Source of the DNA: Fibrobacterota bacterium
GTDB lineage: Bacteria; Fibrobacterota; Fibrobacteria; UBA11236
DNA length: 64,000 nt
NCBI GenBank assembly: GCA_043753995.1
Contig: JAYUVP010000249.1
Location: 1 to 64,000, forward strand
Direction: 5' to 3'
Under the pieces are notes generated by a model that ran no database searches, was not told where the DNA came from, and was given only the letters and a program-made list of their open reading frames with translations. Of this stretch, positions 1 to 9,147 are shown one piece after another. The stretch's first letter is position 1. Each line of letters opens with the position of its first letter. The position numbers and the translations under genes are program-made.

Positions 1-18
1 TCCCCCTGGCGACCCAGC

Positions 19-3000
19 ATGCTTGCTCTTTCCCCGTTTCGCAAATCCCTGCTTTCCAGTGCTTTGAAGCCCAAGCTCGGCCTACCCCTAGCCCTTGCAC
101 TAGCCATCGGCGCGGCCCAGGCTGCCCCACTCTTCCCCGCTTCGCCCAACGCGTCACGCGCGAATGTCATCCCCCGCGGTTTCGCCCACGGCTTAGCCAA
201 GTCGGCAGCGATCCCTACCGATACCTTGGAAGTGTTTTGCATTTACGTGCAATTCAAAAAAGAAGCGACCAAGGTGGGCGACAAAGGCGATGAAGCGGCC
301 ACCACTGGCTTAGGCACTTTCGGATCGGACACGGCTCTTAGCTATAAGCTCGATCCCAATGGCGAGGCGGTGCGCAGTTCCCGCTTTTATCTCGAAAAGC
401 ATTTCGAATTCGCGCGCAATTATTTCGAGACGGTTTCCGGTGGACGGGTGACGGTCATTCCCCGCATTTTCCCACGACCCAATGGCGACGGCCGCATCGA
501 AAAACCCGTTCAACTCAGCGAGCATATCAAGTTTTACAATCCCGCCATTTCGGATAAAAAGAAAAAGCAAAAAATTTCGGATTTCGAAAAGCTGCTCGGT
601 CAGCGTCTCATGCAATTCGTGCGCGAGTCGATTTTGGGCGCCGATGCCTTGGATAGTGCCGACAATCCTTTCAAGGTGGCGAAAGCGGAAGCCTTGCGCA
701 ATCCCAATCCCCATCACAAACGCGTGTTCTTGCTGTTCCATGCGGGACATTCGCGACTCGTCGACGGAGGCGGTTTGGGCATTTTAGGCGCCAATACACA
801 GAATGACTTACTCGACTTTTTTGTGACCAAGTCCGCTTTCTCAGACTATCTCGATTCCCTTTCCACCGATGCGCCGTCAAATAAGGCTATGCGCGCCGAC
901 ACCCTGGGAGTCAAGCTTTCCACTGGCGATACGCTCAGCGAAATCATGTTGCTCTCCGAAGCGGCCTCTCAGGACAAAGTGAATTGGGGCATCAATGGCA
1001 TTTTGGTCAATCAAATCGGCCGCGCCTTGGGCATGCCCGATATGTTCGACGTGATTCGGGGCTTTTCGCAATTGGGCGGTTTTTGCATGATGGATTTCGC
1101 GGGCTATAATAGCCTCGACGGCTTCGTTCCCATTTATCCCTCCGCCTGGGTGCGTTCCTATATGGGTTGGGAATATCCAGAAATCGCCGCACCGAATGGG
1201 TCCGCGATGACTTCGGAATACAAGATATACGCTCCCGATCTCGGGGGTAACGGGCATGCGACTACGGTCAAGGTGCCGCTCAACGAGCGCGAATATCTCC
1301 TGGTGGAAAATCGCCAGCGCAGCCTGCATGACACGGTCACCCTTTATTTCAGCCGTCGCGCCAATGCCAATGACATCGGTTTCGGCAAGCCCGATTCCGT
1401 GCGCGTGCCCTTTACCTTTCTTGATTCGGTTTTCTCCGATTCGGTTTGCTCCGAATACCAGAAAAACAGCACGGCCTGCAAAACCAAAAAAATCAATACC
1501 CTGCGCCCCGAGGGCGTGGTCACGGGAGCCAGCAGTTTTGATCTCGGCCTGCCCGGTTCAGGCCTATTGGTTTGGCGTGTGAATCAATGGTTTATCGATT
1601 GGACGGTGAAATACGGTTTTGTGAACGCCTTTCTCGGCGACACCTTGCGCAGCCAATACAAGGGCGTCGAATTGGTCGAGGCCGACGGCTTTCTCACCAT
1701 AGGCAAGGAATTCAAAGACCCCCTGGGGCAAAGCGCTTTCGACTTCGGCTCGGGCAGCGACATGTTGCCGCATCTTTTCCGCAAGCGAAAGAATCCCCCG
1801 AAGGACACGACATGGGGCGCGTCGGAATCGCTCACCGTCATTTCGCCCTATGGCCAAGCCAATACCAATGCCTGGAATGATGCGCGCACTCACATTCGCC
1901 TCGAAGGGCTCGCCCCCCCCAAGCCCAAATTCGACATCGGCCTCTCGTCCTTTACCGGCGACAGCATTTTCACCTTTCGCGACTCCGCTTTGACCCTGCG
2001 CGTGCGCTGGGCCGACAATGCCTCGATTTCGCGCGCGGGCTTGAGCTGGCCTCGCGCTGCTGCCGTGGGAAAATCCGCCTCGGCCTTGGCGCCGCTTACG
2101 GTTGGAGGCAAGCCCTATGTTTTGGCCCTGAGCGATGATGGATACGCCCAGGCTTATTCCGGGGACGGCAAGCCCGCTTTGTCTCCCCGCAAAATCGTCA
2201 CTCCGCCGCGCGGCTATGATTCGGCGAAGACCTTGCTTCCCGGAGGTAACATACGCGATACGGTACCGGTGCCCGTGAATTCCCTGGTCGATTCCCTGGG
2301 GCCTTCTCTGGGTTCGGCGGTGGCGACGGTGGGTGATTCCCAAGTGGTGGCCGTGCTCACCCCTGCGGCTTTGCAATTGCTCGTTCCTCTCGCCGATTCG
2401 CTGGCGCTCTCCGCGGCCCAATCGGCAGTAGATAGCGCCGATAGCACGGCGCCTGCTCGCGCAGGGGCTCGCCTCATCACCGTAGCCTTGAAGGGCCAGC
2501 TTGGCCCCATCGCGGTGGGAAATCGATTTTGGGTGCTCACCGCCGAAGGCGAATTGCGCGGCTTCGCCGCCGACGGATCGGAAATAGGCAAGGTCACGGT
2601 ACCTGGCGATGCGAAACTCTGGCAATCCCTGGGTGCCTATGCCGCCGACGGCAAGCAAGCCCAGCCGGATCATTTGGCCATAGTGGGCCAAGGCGGAAAG
2701 CTGGCCCTGATCGACATCGCCCAGCTGCGCTCGCAAACCTTGGATTTACAATGGGGTTCCTCGACTCCCGTTGCCGAAGAGATTTTCTCCTTGGCCTTCG
2801 CTGATTTCAATCGCGATGGCCAATGCGATGCCTTGGTCTTGGGATCAAGGGGTCACGTACAAGTAACGTCACTCGCGGCTTCCGGGGATTTGCGGATGGG
2901 CGAAGCCCTGCCCGGTTGGCCGCAAGTCTTTCCCCGATCGGTTCGCTGGGTCGATAGCATCTATCGCTATACTAGCGAGGATTTTTCCGGACCCGCCATC

Positions 3001-3888
3001 GCCGATCTCAATGGCGATCGCTATCCCGACCTTATATTCACGGTCCTCAATAGCGTTTATGCCCTCGATAGACGTGGAGCCCGTTTGCCCGGTTGGCCTG
3101 CCCAAGTGCAGCCTCGTCAAAATGTCGGTTTGCTTTATGGCGGCAGCAAGGCCCCTGAAGCCATAGTGGGTAGCACGCCGGTGGTGCTTTCCTTAGGCGG
3201 ATCGCCCACTGTCTTGGTGGCATCGCCCGACGGCCTCATTCTCGCTTTCGATGCCCTCGGCAAACGTCTCACCCGCTCCTCCTTCGACGACAAAGATCGC
3301 GCGCGCATGGGCCCAGCCATGGTCGATGTGGGCGATTGGCCTCTCTCGGTCGGTGGACTCAGCACCGATACCTCGGCCTATCCCTTTATTCGCATGATGG
3401 CCTCTTCCTTGATCGATCACGGCAAGGACAATGCCATGGAACTGGTCACCTATACTGGCACGGGTGGGCTCGACGCGGTGACTTTAAAAGGCGCGGTGGC
3501 CAAGGCGGGCCAATCCTGGCTCATGCCCGGTGGATCGGCGTCACGCACCGGTTACCTGTCTCTCGGCGATTGGGAAAAAGCTGTTGACGCAGTTTCAGGG
3601 GAAAGCATACAGGCCTTTTGGCTTTTCCCCAGTCCCTTGCGGGGCCCAACTGCAACGGTGCATTTGGAAATCGGCGCTGCCGCCGAGAAGGCGCGCATCA
3701 AGATTTTCGACCTCTCGGGCAATGTGGTCAAGGCGCACGAATGGACGCGTCTCGCGCCCGGCCGCCAGCCGGACAATCAAAAGCTCGATTTGTCCCGACT
3801 CGGTCCGGATGTCTATAGCGTGCTTTGCGAGGTGTGGTTTCCTGGCGGCAAAAAGCAAAAATGGGAACGCTTGGGCGTGGTGCGCTAA
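19..3888 (+). CDS. Secreted M6 (immune inhibitor A)-like metalloprotease homologue, probably catalytically inactive, with FG-GAP-like repeats and a T9SS-type C-terminal sorting domain
   Basis: Signal peptide (..AIGAAQA). M6-type motifs FHAG, LGMPDMFD, FCMMD, SAWVRSYMGW, EYLLVENRQ, GLLVWRV, VELVEADG. FG-GAP-like ADFNRDG and IADLNGDRYPD. C-terminal FPSP..IKIFDLSGNVV. The HExxH position reads NQIGR. Confidence 0.7.
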   Translation: MLALSPFRKSLLSSALKPKLGLPLALALAIGAAQAAPLFPASPNASRANVIPRGFAHGLAKSAAIPTDTLEVFCIYVQFKKEATKVGDKGDEAATTGLGTFGSDTALSYKLDPNGEAVRSSRFYLEKHFEFARNYFETVSGGRVTVIPRIFPRPNGDGRIEKPVQLSEHIKFYNPAISDKKKKQKISDFEKLLGQRLMQFVRESILGADALDSADNPFKVAKAEALRNPNPHHKRVFLLFHAGHSRLVDGGGLGILGANTQNDLLDFFVTKSAFSDYLDSLSTDAPSNKAMRADTLGVKLSTGDTLSEIMLLSEAASQDKVNWGINGILVNQIGRALGMPDMFDVIRGFSQLGGFCMMDFAGYNSLDGFVPIYPSAWVRSYMGWEYPEIAAPNGSAMTSEYKIYAPDLGGNGHATTVKVPLNEREYLLVENRQRSLHDTVTLYFSRRANANDIGFGKPDSVRVPFTFLDSVFSDSVCSEYQKNSTACKTKKINTLRPEGVVTGASSFDLGLPGSGLLVWRVNQWFIDWTVKYGFVNAFLGDTLRSQYKGVELVEADGFLTIGKEFKDPLGQSAFDFGSGSDMLPHLFRKRKNPPKDTTWGASESLTVISPYGQANTNAWNDARTHIRLEGLAPPKPKFDIGLSSFTGDSIFTFRDSALTLRVRWADNASISRAGLSWPRAAAVGKSASALAPLTVGGKPYVLALSDDGYAQAYSGDGKPALSPRKIVTPPRGYDSAKTLLPGGNIRDTVPVPVNSLVDSLGPSLGSAVATVGDSQVVAVLTPAALQLLVPLADSLALSAAQSAVDSADSTAPARAGARLITVALKGQLGPIAVGNRFWVLTAEGELRGFAADGSEIGKVTVPGDAKLWQSLGAYAADGKQAQPDHLAIVGQGGKLALIDIAQLRSQTLDLQWGSSTPVAEEIFSLAFADFNRDGQCDALVLGSRGHVQVTSLAASGDLRMGEALPGWPQVFPRSVRWVDSIYRYTSEDFSGPAIADLNGDRYPDLIFTVLNSVYALDRRGARLPGWPAQVQPRQNVGLLYGGSKAPEAIVGSTPVVLSLGGSPTVLVASPDGLILAFDALGKRLTRSSFDDKDRARMGPAMVDVGDWPLSVGGLSTDTSAYPFIRMMASSLIDHGKDNAMELVTYTGTGGLDAVTLKGAVAKAGQSWLMPGGSASRTGYLSLGDWEKAVDAVSGESIQAFWLFPSPLRGPTATVHLEIGAAAEKARIKIFDLSGNVVKAHEWTRLAPGRQPDNQKLDLSRLGPDVYSVLCEVWFPGGKKQKWERLGVVR

Positions 3889-4007
3889 GCCGCGTTTGCA
3901 CTAAAAATTCGAGTAATCCTTTAAGTCTTGGTTGAGGTTTTGTTTTCTGGTAATGCAACCAAACAAGGCCCTCGTCAAAGCCGTTCGATTAGTCATAGAA
4001 TTAACGG

Positions 4008-6839
4008 ATGTTGTCCAGTGAATTTCTTTGGGCGAATAAAGCCCGTCGACTGTTCTTAATTAATTCGCTTTGCACCCTGCTCTATGTAGGGTGCACCTTG
4101 GCCTCCGGCCTTTTTACCCATGAGACCTCCCTATCGCCGGCAATATGGCTGCCGCATGGTTTGGCTCTCGCGATTTTGATCTTGGGCGGTTGGAGCTATG
4201 CCCCGGGTTTATTTGTCGGCGCCACTATGGCCGAAAGCTGGCTTCACGGCTTCGAACTGCATTCTCTCCTCAACGTGCTTTTCAATAGCCTGGAAGTGAT
4301 AATCGCGGCGGCTTTGTTACGCCGATTTCGGCCACGGGTAACCTCTTATACCCATCCTAGGGATGCTTTGAATTTGTGGATGTCGGCGGGGGCCGGCATT
4401 GGCGTCACGGCTCTGTTACGTTGGGACTGGCAGGGAGTTCGGCCAATCTCGACAGACACACCGCTTTGGATAGGGATGGTGGCGCATTTTTTGGGCATGG
4501 TGCTGATGGCTCAGTCCTGCCTCGTATGGCGACAACCGCCACGATTTTGGTTGCAATCTCCCTCTCGTATCGAAGCCATTGCCCTCTTCTTCCTGGCCTT
4601 CGTCTTGGGTCAAGCGGTTTTTCTTGGCGCCTTGCCAGAAATTTTAGCTCCCTTCGCGTTGGGCTTTTGGATTTTTTTGCTGATCACAGTTGCCGCGGTG
4701 AGGCTTGGAGCGCATTCGGTGACCCTCATGGTCTTGCTTTTCGCATTGCAAGGTATGTGGGGTCTGCTGCACGCCCGCGGGTTTTTCTCGGTTGCGAATT
4801 TGGGCGCTGGTCTTTTCAACTTCACGTCCTTCCTTCTGGTATTACAAGGCGTGGGCCTCACTCTCGCCTGGATCATTCGTGAACGGCAAAGCGCCGACGA
4901 AAGGGTGCGGAATCACGCCAAACTCTGGAGCCATGTTCACGACGCGGTGGTCGCCAGTGACTCCAATTTCAACATGACAAGTTGGAATGAAGCCGCCGAA
5001 ACGCTTTATGGCTGGAAGGCTTCCGAAGTAATAGGGAAAAGCGGCCAAAACCTTTTTGACACTGAATTTCCAGGTAAATCGAGAGAAAGCATACTCGCCG
5101 AAATCAGGCAGCACGGATTTTATTGCGGCGATGCCATCCAATCCCACAAAGATGGCACACGCATTCATGTCGAGGTGGACTCTATCGTGTCACGCGACAA
5201 GGGTGGAAAAATCTCTGGCTATGTGAGCTTCAATCGCGACATCACCGAGCGCAAGCGCGCCGAGGCGGCTGTGCTAAAAAGCGAGCGTTTCCTCAAAACC
5301 ATAGCCCATGGCTTGCCGGGCATGGTCGTCTATTGGAATCAAAATCTTATTTGTGAATTCACCAATGGGGGTTGTCGCGAATGGTTCGGTAAAACCGAAG
5401 CCGAAATGTTGGGCATCACCGTTCAGGAATTACTGGGCGATAAAATATTCCGTTTGAATGAGCCTTATATTCGCGGTGCATTAAACGGCCAAGCCCAAAG
5501 TTTCGAAAGGGAATTTATCAAGCCCAATGGTGAGAAAAGCGTGGTCTGGGCGCAATACGTTCCCGACTTGCAAGACGGGGCAGTCAAGGGCTTTTTTGTC
5601 GTGACCTCGGATATCACCCAGCGCAAAGCCTTGGAAGACGAATTGCACCGGGCTAAAGATGCGGCGGAGAAAGCCAATCAAGCTAAAAGCGATTTCGTGG
5701 CCAATATGAGCCATGAAATACGCACTCCCTTGCATGGCATGCTTGGTATGGCGAATTTGCTTTCCCAGACCCCGCTTAATGCCGAACAAAATGACTTGCT
5801 GCGCACTTTAAAGCAATCCGGTCAATTGCTGCTTCGCCTCATCAATGACATTCTCGACTATTCGAAAATCGAAGCTGGACACCTGGATGTCGTGGCCGTG
5901 CGCATGGACCCCGCCGAAGTGATGCGCGAAGTCGCGGACGTTTTTTCTTTGCAGGCCAGGACCAAGGGCTTGGACTTGGGTGTCGCCGCACCCGGGATCG
6001 GAACTTGTCACCTATTCGCTGATCCACAGAAAGTGAAACAGATATTGTTGAACTTACTGGGCAATGCCGTCAAATTCACGAATCAAGGCAAGGTGACTTT
6101 GGATTTTGTGCACGACGAAAAAACCTTCACCCTGCGCGTAACGGACACCGGCATTGGCATTGAGCCCGAGCAACGGCATCGCCTTTTCCAACGCTTCAGC
6201 CAAGCCGACAGTTCCACCACCCGGACATTCGGCGGTACCGGTTTGGGCTTGTCCATATCCAAGAGTTTGGCTGAATTGATGGGCGGTACGGTCGGCTTCG
6301 AAAGCGAAATGGGTCTTGGTTCAACCTTTTGGGTGAAGCTGCCCCTCGCATCAAAATCCATGGCCGGGCTTGTGCCCGAACCCCATCGCATAGACCCTAC
6401 CCAGGCCTCCGATTCCCTTGTCTCATGGACTCCGGTATTGCCAGAGGTCAAACCCTTGCGCATTCTGCTGGCCGAGGATAATAAGATCAATCAAAAGGTC
6501 GCCTTGGGTCTTTTGCGCCATAGGAATTGTTCGGTCGACCTGGCCAATAACGGCCTTGAGGCTTTGGAAATGGTGAAGCAAATCCATTATGATGTCGTGC
6601 TCATGGATTGCCACATGCCCAAACTGGATGGCTTCAAAGCCACGCAAGCCATACGCGCTTGGGAGAGCGAAAACACCGCGGCGAGCCATTCGCCTTTGTT
6701 CATCGTGGCTTTGACGGCAAGCGCCTTGCCCGAAGATCGCGAACAATGTTATCAAGCCGGCATGAATGACTTTTTGGCCAAGCCCTTCGAGCCCGAAGAC
6801 TTGGACCGCATTTTGGCGCGGGAAAGGACGGGCGTCTGA
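4008..6839 (+). CDS. Hybrid sensor histidine kinase/response regulator (MASE1-like TM domain, two PAS, HisKA, HATPase, receiver)
   Basis: Multi-TM N-terminus with PAIWLP; RDITERK PAS ends; H-box MSHEIRTP; N-box NLLGNAVKFT; DTGIG; GGTGLGL; receiver LLAEDN..VLMDCHMPKLDG..KP. Confidence 0.95.
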   Translation: MLSSEFLWANKARRLFLINSLCTLLYVGCTLASGLFTHETSLSPAIWLPHGLALAILILGGWSYAPGLFVGATMAESWLHGFELHSLLNVLFNSLEVIIAAALLRRFRPRVTSYTHPRDALNLWMSAGAGIGVTALLRWDWQGVRPISTDTPLWIGMVAHFLGMVLMAQSCLVWRQPPRFWLQSPSRIEAIALFFLAFVLGQAVFLGALPEILAPFALGFWIFLLITVAAVRLGAHSVTLMVLLFALQGMWGLLHARGFFSVANLGAGLFNFTSFLLVLQGVGLTLAWIIRERQSADERVRNHAKLWSHVHDAVVASDSNFNMTSWNEAAETLYGWKASEVIGKSGQNLFDTEFPGKSRESILAEIRQHGFYCGDAIQSHKDGTRIHVEVDSIVSRDKGGKISGYVSFNRDITERKRAEAAVLKSERFLKTIAHGLPGMVVYWNQNLICEFTNGGCREWFGKTEAEMLGITVQELLGDKIFRLNEPYIRGALNGQAQSFEREFIKPNGEKSVVWAQYVPDLQDGAVKGFFVVTSDITQRKALEDELHRAKDAAEKANQAKSDFVANMSHEIRTPLHGMLGMANLLSQTPLNAEQNDLLRTLKQSGQLLLRLINDILDYSKIEAGHLDVVAVRMDPAEVMREVADVFSLQARTKGLDLGVAAPGIGTCHLFADPQKVKQILLNLLGNAVKFTNQGKVTLDFVHDEKTFTLRVTDTGIGIEPEQRHRLFQRFSQADSSTTRTFGGTGLGLSISKSLAELMGGTVGFESEMGLGSTFWVKLPLASKSMAGLVPEPHRIDPTQASDSLVSWTPVLPEVKPLRILLAEDNKINQKVALGLLRHRNCSVDLANNGLEALEMVKQIHYDVVLMDCHMPKLDGFKATQAIRAWESENTAASHSPLFIVALTASALPEDREQCYQAGMNDFLAKPFEPEDLDRILARERTGV

Positions 6840-6843
6840 CGTT
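6830..6843 (+). repeat. Direct repeat copy 1 (GGGCGTCTGACGTT), left of the hipBA module
   Basis: 13/14 identical to 8509..8522; contains the kinase stop codon. Confidence 0.45.
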
Positions 6844-6853
6844 AGCCACCCCC

Positions 6854-8110
6854 TCAAAGCGCGGAGGCTGCTCGACTATCCGCATGTTCAAAAGCGGATT
6901 CCATTCTCTCCACCAATGCGCCGTTAAGTCCGATTGCATCCGCGACCTTTCTCCACTTTGAGACGGAAGTAGCCACCTCGCGTACGATGAACTTCGCCAC
7001 CGGCAAGGTGAGTGCAAACCGTTTCACCACTCCAAAAGCGGTTTCCAGAGAAGCATCCGCTTCACCGTCAGCCAACGCAGTCGCATGAACTCTAGGCCTG
7101 ATATCCGTAGGCACCGGATTCAAATCATAGGCCGGCGACAAAGTCCATCCCATGCGGCCGGTATACAGAAATCCGTGGTTTCTCAAATGATCGTCGGTAT
7201 TCGAAATCAGGATATTGAATACCATTCTCCGCCAAAGCGCATGCAGATCCGCCTTGGGATTCGCACTTTGATTTCGGAACACGTCTGCGATTTCCGGATA
7301 ACTTCGCTGCTCCATATCACGTGCGCCCAGCAAGGCCAAGGCGGAAAGAAAGGGAATACGCTTTTCTCCGTCCCTATCAAATCGCTGTATCACCAAAACT
7401 GATTTTTTCGCAACCTTTTCCAGGCGCCATACCGGGACATCAATCCCTGCGCTCCGGGCAAGAGTCAGCGCGACCGCTTCCCAACTTACGACATCGTATT
7501 CATCTCCCGGTTTTGGGAATTTGGCAATAGCCAAAATTCCACCCTTGTCCAGGATGGATGCTTTGGGCCTAGCCCCCCCCAAGGAGGAACCCGGAGCAAG
7601 GAGGAGTTTCAGCTCCTCCGCCGATTCTCCATCCTCCTTTTCGAAGTGCTCGGCGGCGCGCAATAATTTCGATAACTGAATTAACGGAGGAATGGAAGCG
7701 GTTCCCGGTTCCGCCTGGAATGCACCTTCCGCCGCGAACTTGAATCGAAAGGCTCCTTGTCTGGCGCGATCATCCACTTGCATCAGGAAATCAGCTTCAC
7801 CTAAGGTCCGAACCGCATGGGAATTCTTTTTGGCGTGAACCCTTTCCGCCCTGCGCATGAGCCGTCTGCCCCATGTATCCGGCGCGCAATCGCTAAAGGC
7901 CCCGAACAAGGCTTGATCACGCTCGGTATGAAAGGATCCCGCTCCTAGGGGAAGCGCTGGTTCAATTTGAAAGCGATTGGGATGCACAAGCCAACCCGTA
8001 TCGTATTCGAAAGTCGCCGAAGGGCTATTCTTGCCCATGCGCATCCATAGCCTTCCCACTGGGATGGATAGTCCATCGAGATCCACATAGACATGGATGA
8101 GGTTTTCCAT
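6854..8110 (-). CDS. hipA: HipA-family Ser/Thr kinase toxin (type II TA)
   Basis: GSSLGGARPKA, IAKFP, NTDDHLRNHGFL and LSPAYDLNP motifs, plus HipA N-terminal coupling domain (PDTWGRRLM). Confidence 0.9.
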   Translation of the reverse strand: MENLIHVYVDLDGLSIPVGRLWMRMGKNSPSATFEYDTGWLVHPNRFQIEPALPLGAGSFHTERDQALFGAFSDCAPDTWGRRLMRRAERVHAKKNSHAVRTLGEADFLMQVDDRARQGAFRFKFAAEGAFQAEPGTASIPPLIQLSKLLRAAEHFEKEDGESAEELKLLLAPGSSLGGARPKASILDKGGILAIAKFPKPGDEYDVVSWEAVALTLARSAGIDVPVWRLEKVAKKSVLVIQRFDRDGEKRIPFLSALALLGARDMEQRSYPEIADVFRNQSANPKADLHALWRRMVFNILISNTDDHLRNHGFLYTGRMGWTLSPAYDLNPVPTDIRPRVHATALADGEADASLETAFGVVKRFALTLPVAKFIVREVATSVSKWRKVADAIGLNGALVERMESAFEHADSRAASAL

Positions 8111-8119
8111 CTCTTCGCC

Positions 8120-8443
8120 TTAGTTTTTCTTAGGGCGCGGAATCCGCACGCGCTTCGGAAGCCTTTCACTTTCTAAAGACAAGCCGACGCTGTCCTTGGA
8201 GGGATCCGCAAGGCCGGCCAACCCTTCCAAGTGACCCAGGGCGAACAAAGTCGTCGCATAGGCTCCCATCGAAACCGTTGGGTCGCCACGCTCGATTTTA
8301 CGCAAGGTCAGGCGATTAATTCCCGCCCTTTCCGCAAGCAACTGCGCCGGAATGCGCCTCCTTCGCCGCGCCTCGGACAAGTCCACTCCCAAGGACTTCA
8401 GCGTCTTGGTGACGGCCAAGGGATAGGCTTTGGACACTTTCAT
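8120..8443 (-). CDS. XRE-family HTH antitoxin (HipB-like)
   Basis: ARRRRRIPAQLLAERAGINRLTLRKIERGDPTVSMGAY HTH; ends 9 bp upstream of hipA; LPKRVR tail typical of this subfamily. Confidence 0.85.
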   Translation of the reverse strand: MKVSKAYPLAVTKTLKSLGVDLSEARRRRRIPAQLLAERAGINRLTLRKIERGDPTVSMGAYATTLFALGHLEGLAGLADPSKDSVGLSLESERLPKRVRIPRPKKN

Positions 8444-8505
8444 AATGGCTATTATAGTACTTCTTAACCAAATTAAAGGATATTTAATGAATCTTTATAT
8501 GGTTA
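8444..8505 (-). promoter_or_regulatory. AT-rich promoter with imperfect palindrome, putative autoregulatory operator of the hipBA-like operon
   Basis: TAACCA (8465-70)/TGGTTA (8500-05) and TAAAG (8474-78)/CTTTA (8493-97) inverted arms directly upstream of the antitoxin start. Confidence 0.5.
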
Positions 8506-8508
8506 GGT

Positions 8509-8522
8509 GGGCGGCTGACGTT
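8509..8522 (+). repeat. Direct repeat copy 2 (GGGCGGCTGACGTT), right of the hipBA module
   Basis: 13/14 identical to 6830..6843. Confidence 0.45.
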
Positions 8523-8706
8523 CCCGTCTCCGCCCTTAGCGTAAACCGAATCCCCTGGAGCAATCCCCCTCTCAGTCGCATTGATTCCGCGAATAGGAAG
8601 GCGCCAAGCGCCGACCGCTTTCGCAGTCTCAGGGGATAACCTGGGGGTTGCGAAGATTATTTCAGGGTATCGCAGTCTTTTCAACAGCGATAGTCACGGG
8701 GGCGTT

Positions 8707-8725
8707 ACGGGGGTCAGACCCCCGT
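8707..8725. repeat. REP-like perfect palindrome ACGGGGGTC-A-GACCCCCGT
   Basis: Perfect 9-bp inverted arms around one base. Confidence 0.6.
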
Positions 8726-9147
8726 TCGAGGGGGCAGGCCAAGACCCCACAGGCGCCCATATCTCCAAAGCGAAGCGACATGGCGTGGAATCCGCGGTGA
8801 GTTTACCTTCGCCAAGTCTCGTCGCCTGTGCAAGCAAATCGGCGGTCATCGCAAACGGACGGGCGAGTTCCGCCTCGTAACTTGTGGAGAGGCGGCTGTC
8901 CGAGCCCGCCCGGATTGTGATGACATCAGACGATTCGCGTCACAGCGCCGAGGAGGCTTGGCCGAGGGGGACACCATAGGGCGGGATCCGGCAAACCCAT
9001 TTCGGCTACGACCCGCTGCGAAACCCGTCGTCGTCGTTGTGCTCTCTCGTGATAATTCGAACCATTATCCCTCGATCGCACGCCTAGACGACGGGCTTCT
9101 CGCTGGGTCTCGCTATCGAAAGCGGCTTGCCGGAACCCGCCCTCCCC

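Larger units (their letters stand above)
8509..9142. ncRNA. Candidate structured non-coding RNA region or palindrome cluster (about six consecutive stem-loops, two of them 160-180 nt)
   Basis: Nested complementary segments read directly: 8812-20/8953-61, 8845-54/8915-24, 8870-76/8889-95, 8979-97/9124-42, 9024-32/9087-95, 9051-56/9064-69. No credible ORF. Confidence 0.4.

Noticed and set aside
1564..2736. Long antisense or alternate-frame ORFs (e.g. 1564..2736, 43072..44019, 48172..48999)
   Set aside because: Shadow ORFs overlapping well-supported genes in GC-rich DNA, with no recognisable motifs.
6841..8508. GTTRRRY sites (GTTAGCC 6841, GTTAGGT 8502) around hipBA suggesting an integron cassette
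   Set aside because: No paired RYYYAAC/attC structure and no integrase; the motif is short and common.
8698..8760. GGGGGCGTTACGG resembles a tmRNA 5' end
   Set aside because: No T-arm/acceptor 3' end or tag frame found downstream; the sequence continues into a palindrome.
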